In this document: positions 62,391 through 64,000 of the stretch, piece by piece
How positions within the stretch are numbered: the stretch's first letter is position 1
Layout of the letters: each line of letters begins with the position of its first letter
Source: Candidatus Thalassarchaeum betae
GTDB taxonomy: Archaea > Thermoplasmatota > Poseidoniia > Poseidoniales > Thalassarchaeaceae
DNA: 64,000 nt
Direction of reading: 5' to 3'
NCBI GenBank assembly: GCA_022447095.1
Contig: JAKUUP010000006.1
Span: 2,123-66,122, forward strand
Notes under the pieces: model-generated
Told to the model about the DNA's origin: nothing
Databases searched by the model: none
What the model saw: only the letters and a program-made list of their open reading frames with translations
Translations under genes and position numbers: made by a program

Positions 62391-63260
62391 TCAAGAACCC
62401 TGCTCGTCGTCCGGGACTTCATCGAGCAACTCTCCGACCGCTTCCTCGACCAGCTCCTGCATCTCCTCGGCGTCCGCCCCGGCGCTGTAGTTCAACGAGC
62501 CATCATCCCTGATGTCCGCACGCACGTCCGCCAAACTCCTGCCTACCGTCTCCGCGATGCCGGCTTGCAACTTCCTGCGCTCCCTACGCTTGCGGCGTAT
62601 CCTCCTGATGGTGCTGGTGATCCTCAGCAAGGTCTCGAGGATGGCCAGCAGAATGAGGCTGCTGAAGAACGACTTGGCCAGTTCGGGCAGGTTTCTCAGC
62701 AGTTCCTCAAACTCGCTCCACTGGACCGATGTCGAGCCGACTAGGAAGACTCCAAGGACGGCGAACGGCAGCATCTTGGCGACGTCTCTGGAGAGGTCCT
62801 CGGTCCAATACGCCAGTATGCGCACCGCACCGACGACCGAAGTTGCGATGAGGGCGTTCCTCGCGTGGTCTGAACTGTCTGAGAGCAGGGTCAGGATGAC
62901 TGCTAGTACGAGCGTCCAGAAGGCGATGAGGATCGGTATTATCACGATGTACTGGACGACGAAGAGCACGCTCCTGAGGTACTTCTTCACATTTCCACCG
63001 AAGTCGTTAGAGTACTTGCTGAGGTCGAGTTGGAGCAGGTCCTTCTTGGCCAGTGCTCGATAGAACACGAATACGAACCCAGAGTAGACAGCGACAGCGA
63101 TGATCGCCATCAGCGTCGGATAGGTCTCTCTGGCGAAGTCCTGAATTAGGGCGAACAACTCATCACTCGTAGCAGGTATCTCCACGGGGCTCACACGTGG
63201 GTGCGACTCAAGGTAGTTGCGCCCTACTGTGGACTGAAAGGTCTGGCGCACTTGGGGCAC
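62391..63260 (-). CDS. membrane protein, hypothetical (start likely internal, near 63110)
   Basis: Several TM helices, then a basic stretch RRIRRKRRERRK and an acidic C-terminus. The listed N-terminus overlaps the upstream gene. Confidence 0.45.
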   Translation of the reverse strand: MPQVRQTFQSTVGRNYLESHPRVSPVEIPATSDELFALIQDFARETYPTLMAIIAVAVYSGFVFVFYRALAKKDLLQLDLSKYSNDFGGNVKKYLRSVLFVVQYIVIIPILIAFWTLVLAVILTLLSDSSDHARNALIATSVVGAVRILAYWTEDLSRDVAKMLPFAVLGVFLVGSTSVQWSEFEELLRNLPELAKSFFSSLILLAILETLLRITSTIRRIRRKRRERRKLQAGIAETVGRSLADVRADIRDDGSLNYSAGADAEEMQELVEEAVGELLDEVPDDEQGS

Positions 63261-63769
63261 CTGCTAGGGGCGCTGATCCTTACCCGGTCCCAGGTGTGGC
63301 CGCAGTTGCCGCAGATCCACTGCCTCTCCGGCAGGCTGTCGAGCACCTCCTGACGCATCTTCCTCAGCACCGATGACTCGGCCAAGTTCGGCGCCGGTGC
63401 TATTTGCTTGACGAGGTCGGCGTGATTGCCACCGTGCTCGATCATCCCCGCCGCGTGCAGGAGTTCGTGGACGAGAGTGTGGCGGAACAGCATCCCGTCC
63501 TCGGCGAGTATCGGATTGAGCCCGATAGTGACTGCACCCGGTGCGACCCTCAGCCGGCGCCGTCTGAACAACTCGTTGTGGTCGTACTCAAAGCGGGTCA
63601 TCCCTAGGCGACTCTCGTCCGAGGGTAGCCACTCAAGGCTCAGATGCTTGCCGAGGTGACGCAGGAACGGGGCATCGTCCTTGCTCAGCACCGCCTTGAG
63701 TTCCTCGAGCAGACCTTCAGGCATCTCAGGGGCTGCCGTCCCATCGTTTTCATCTCCAGCTGTGGGCAC
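63224..63769 (-). CDS. SprT-like zinc metallopeptidase with C-terminal zinc ribbon
   Basis: HExxH motif HTLVHELLHAAG. C-terminal CGNCGH...CPKC zinc ribbon. Confidence 0.65.
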   Translation of the reverse strand: MPTAGDENDGTAAPEMPEGLLEELKAVLSKDDAPFLRHLGKHLSLEWLPSDESRLGMTRFEYDHNELFRRRRLRVAPGAVTIGLNPILAEDGMLFRHTLVHELLHAAGMIEHGGNHADLVKQIAPAPNLAESSVLRKMRQEVLDSLPERQWICGNCGHTWDRVRISAPSRCPKCARPFSPQ

Positions 63770-63822
63770 GGTCCGGCGTGCCCCATTCTCCTTAAATGAC
63801 CGTCGTCGGTGGCATGCATATT

Positions 63823-63899
63823 GGGCGTGTGGCGCAGCTTGGAAGCGCGCTTCCTTGGCATGGAAGAGGCCCCGAGTTCAAATCTCGGCTCGTCCACCA
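63823..63899 (+). tRNA. tRNA-Ala (anticodon GGC)
   Basis: GGGCGTG-TG-GCGC-AGCTTGGAA-GCGC-G-CTTCC-TTGGCAT-GGAAG-AGGCC-CCGAG-TTCAAAT-CTCGG-CTCGTCC-A-CCA. Perfect D and anticodon stems, the G3:U70 Ala identity pair, T-loop TTCAAAT, and an encoded CCA. One U:U mismatch at 6:67. Confidence 0.8.
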
Positions 63900-64000
63900 T
63901 CTTCTCTCAGACAATGTCAGGTCTAAGCTCGCAGCCCCGCGATATCAGAAACCGAGCAAAATAATGGGTTTGTTTGCCCCAAACCGCACTTCAGTGTACA

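Noticed and set aside
63900-64000. Hairpin GGTTTG-TTTGCCC-CAAACC after tRNA-Ala as a possible terminator
   Set aside because: It is only a 6-bp stem with no following T-run, and the window ends 40 nt later, so the context cannot be assessed.
1-64000. Mobile elements, CRISPR arrays, rRNA, defence islands (RM, toxin-antitoxin, Cas)
   Set aside because: I looked for transposase or integrase motifs (DDE, tyrosine-recombinase R-H-R-Y), repeat-spacer periodicity and rRNA-like conserved stretches and found none. The two tRNAs have no duplicated 3' halves nearby.

Overview
This is a GC-rich (about 60% by eye), densely packed archaeal chromosomal segment carrying roughly 60 protein-coding genes and two tRNAs. 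I saw no rRNA, CRISPR array, transposase or integrase.

The archaeal identity is unambiguous. Markers include a TATA-binding protein, ABCE1/RLI, archaeosine tRNA-guanine transglycosylase, CTP-type riboflavin kinase, archaeal NMNAT, a DRG-family GTPase, mevalonate kinase and long archaeal-type IleS and CysS. Other housekeeping genes are nadE, sucCD, tpiA, citrate synthase, truA, nth, bcp and tatC.

Between the housekeeping genes sit many very acidic, signal-peptide-bearing or C-terminally membrane-anchored surface proteins. These include PKD-like repeats, a lamin-tail domain fused to an amidohydrolase, a BNR/sialidase-like lipoprotein, a TolB-like beta-propeller, an alpha/beta-hydrolase lipoprotein and Asp-rich Ca-binding-like inserts in transporters. 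This pattern is typical of marine planktonic Euryarchaeota (Thermoplasmatota, MGII/MGIII-like); the lineage call is inference only.

The most interesting items are:
- a hairpin motif with a GCC-ATA-GGC core, 47-52 nt upstream of the start codons of three translation genes (ileS, the DRG GTPase and ABCE1)
- a TBP with a ~55-aa acidic insertion between S1' and H1' of the second repeat
- a duplicated ABC-2 exporter locus (2 ATPases + 2 permeases) followed by an orphan Trp-rich 395-aa protein and a TPR-like protein; this is the best candidate for an undescribed export or surface system
- a tandem phytoene-synthase-like / squalene-synthase-like gene pair (HpnD/HpnC-like arrangement)
- an HdrE-HdrD-type fused membrane Fe-S oxidoreductase divergent from mvk
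- an HMA metal-binding domain fused to a 4-TM domain
- a GDPD-family protein with the HRG catalytic segment at the C-terminus (possible circular permutation)
- an unannotated 35-aa ultra-basic L41e-like peptide gene just downstream of tRNA-Arg
- a GrpE gene lacking dnaK/dnaJ and start/stop-overlapped with a Rieske oxygenase.
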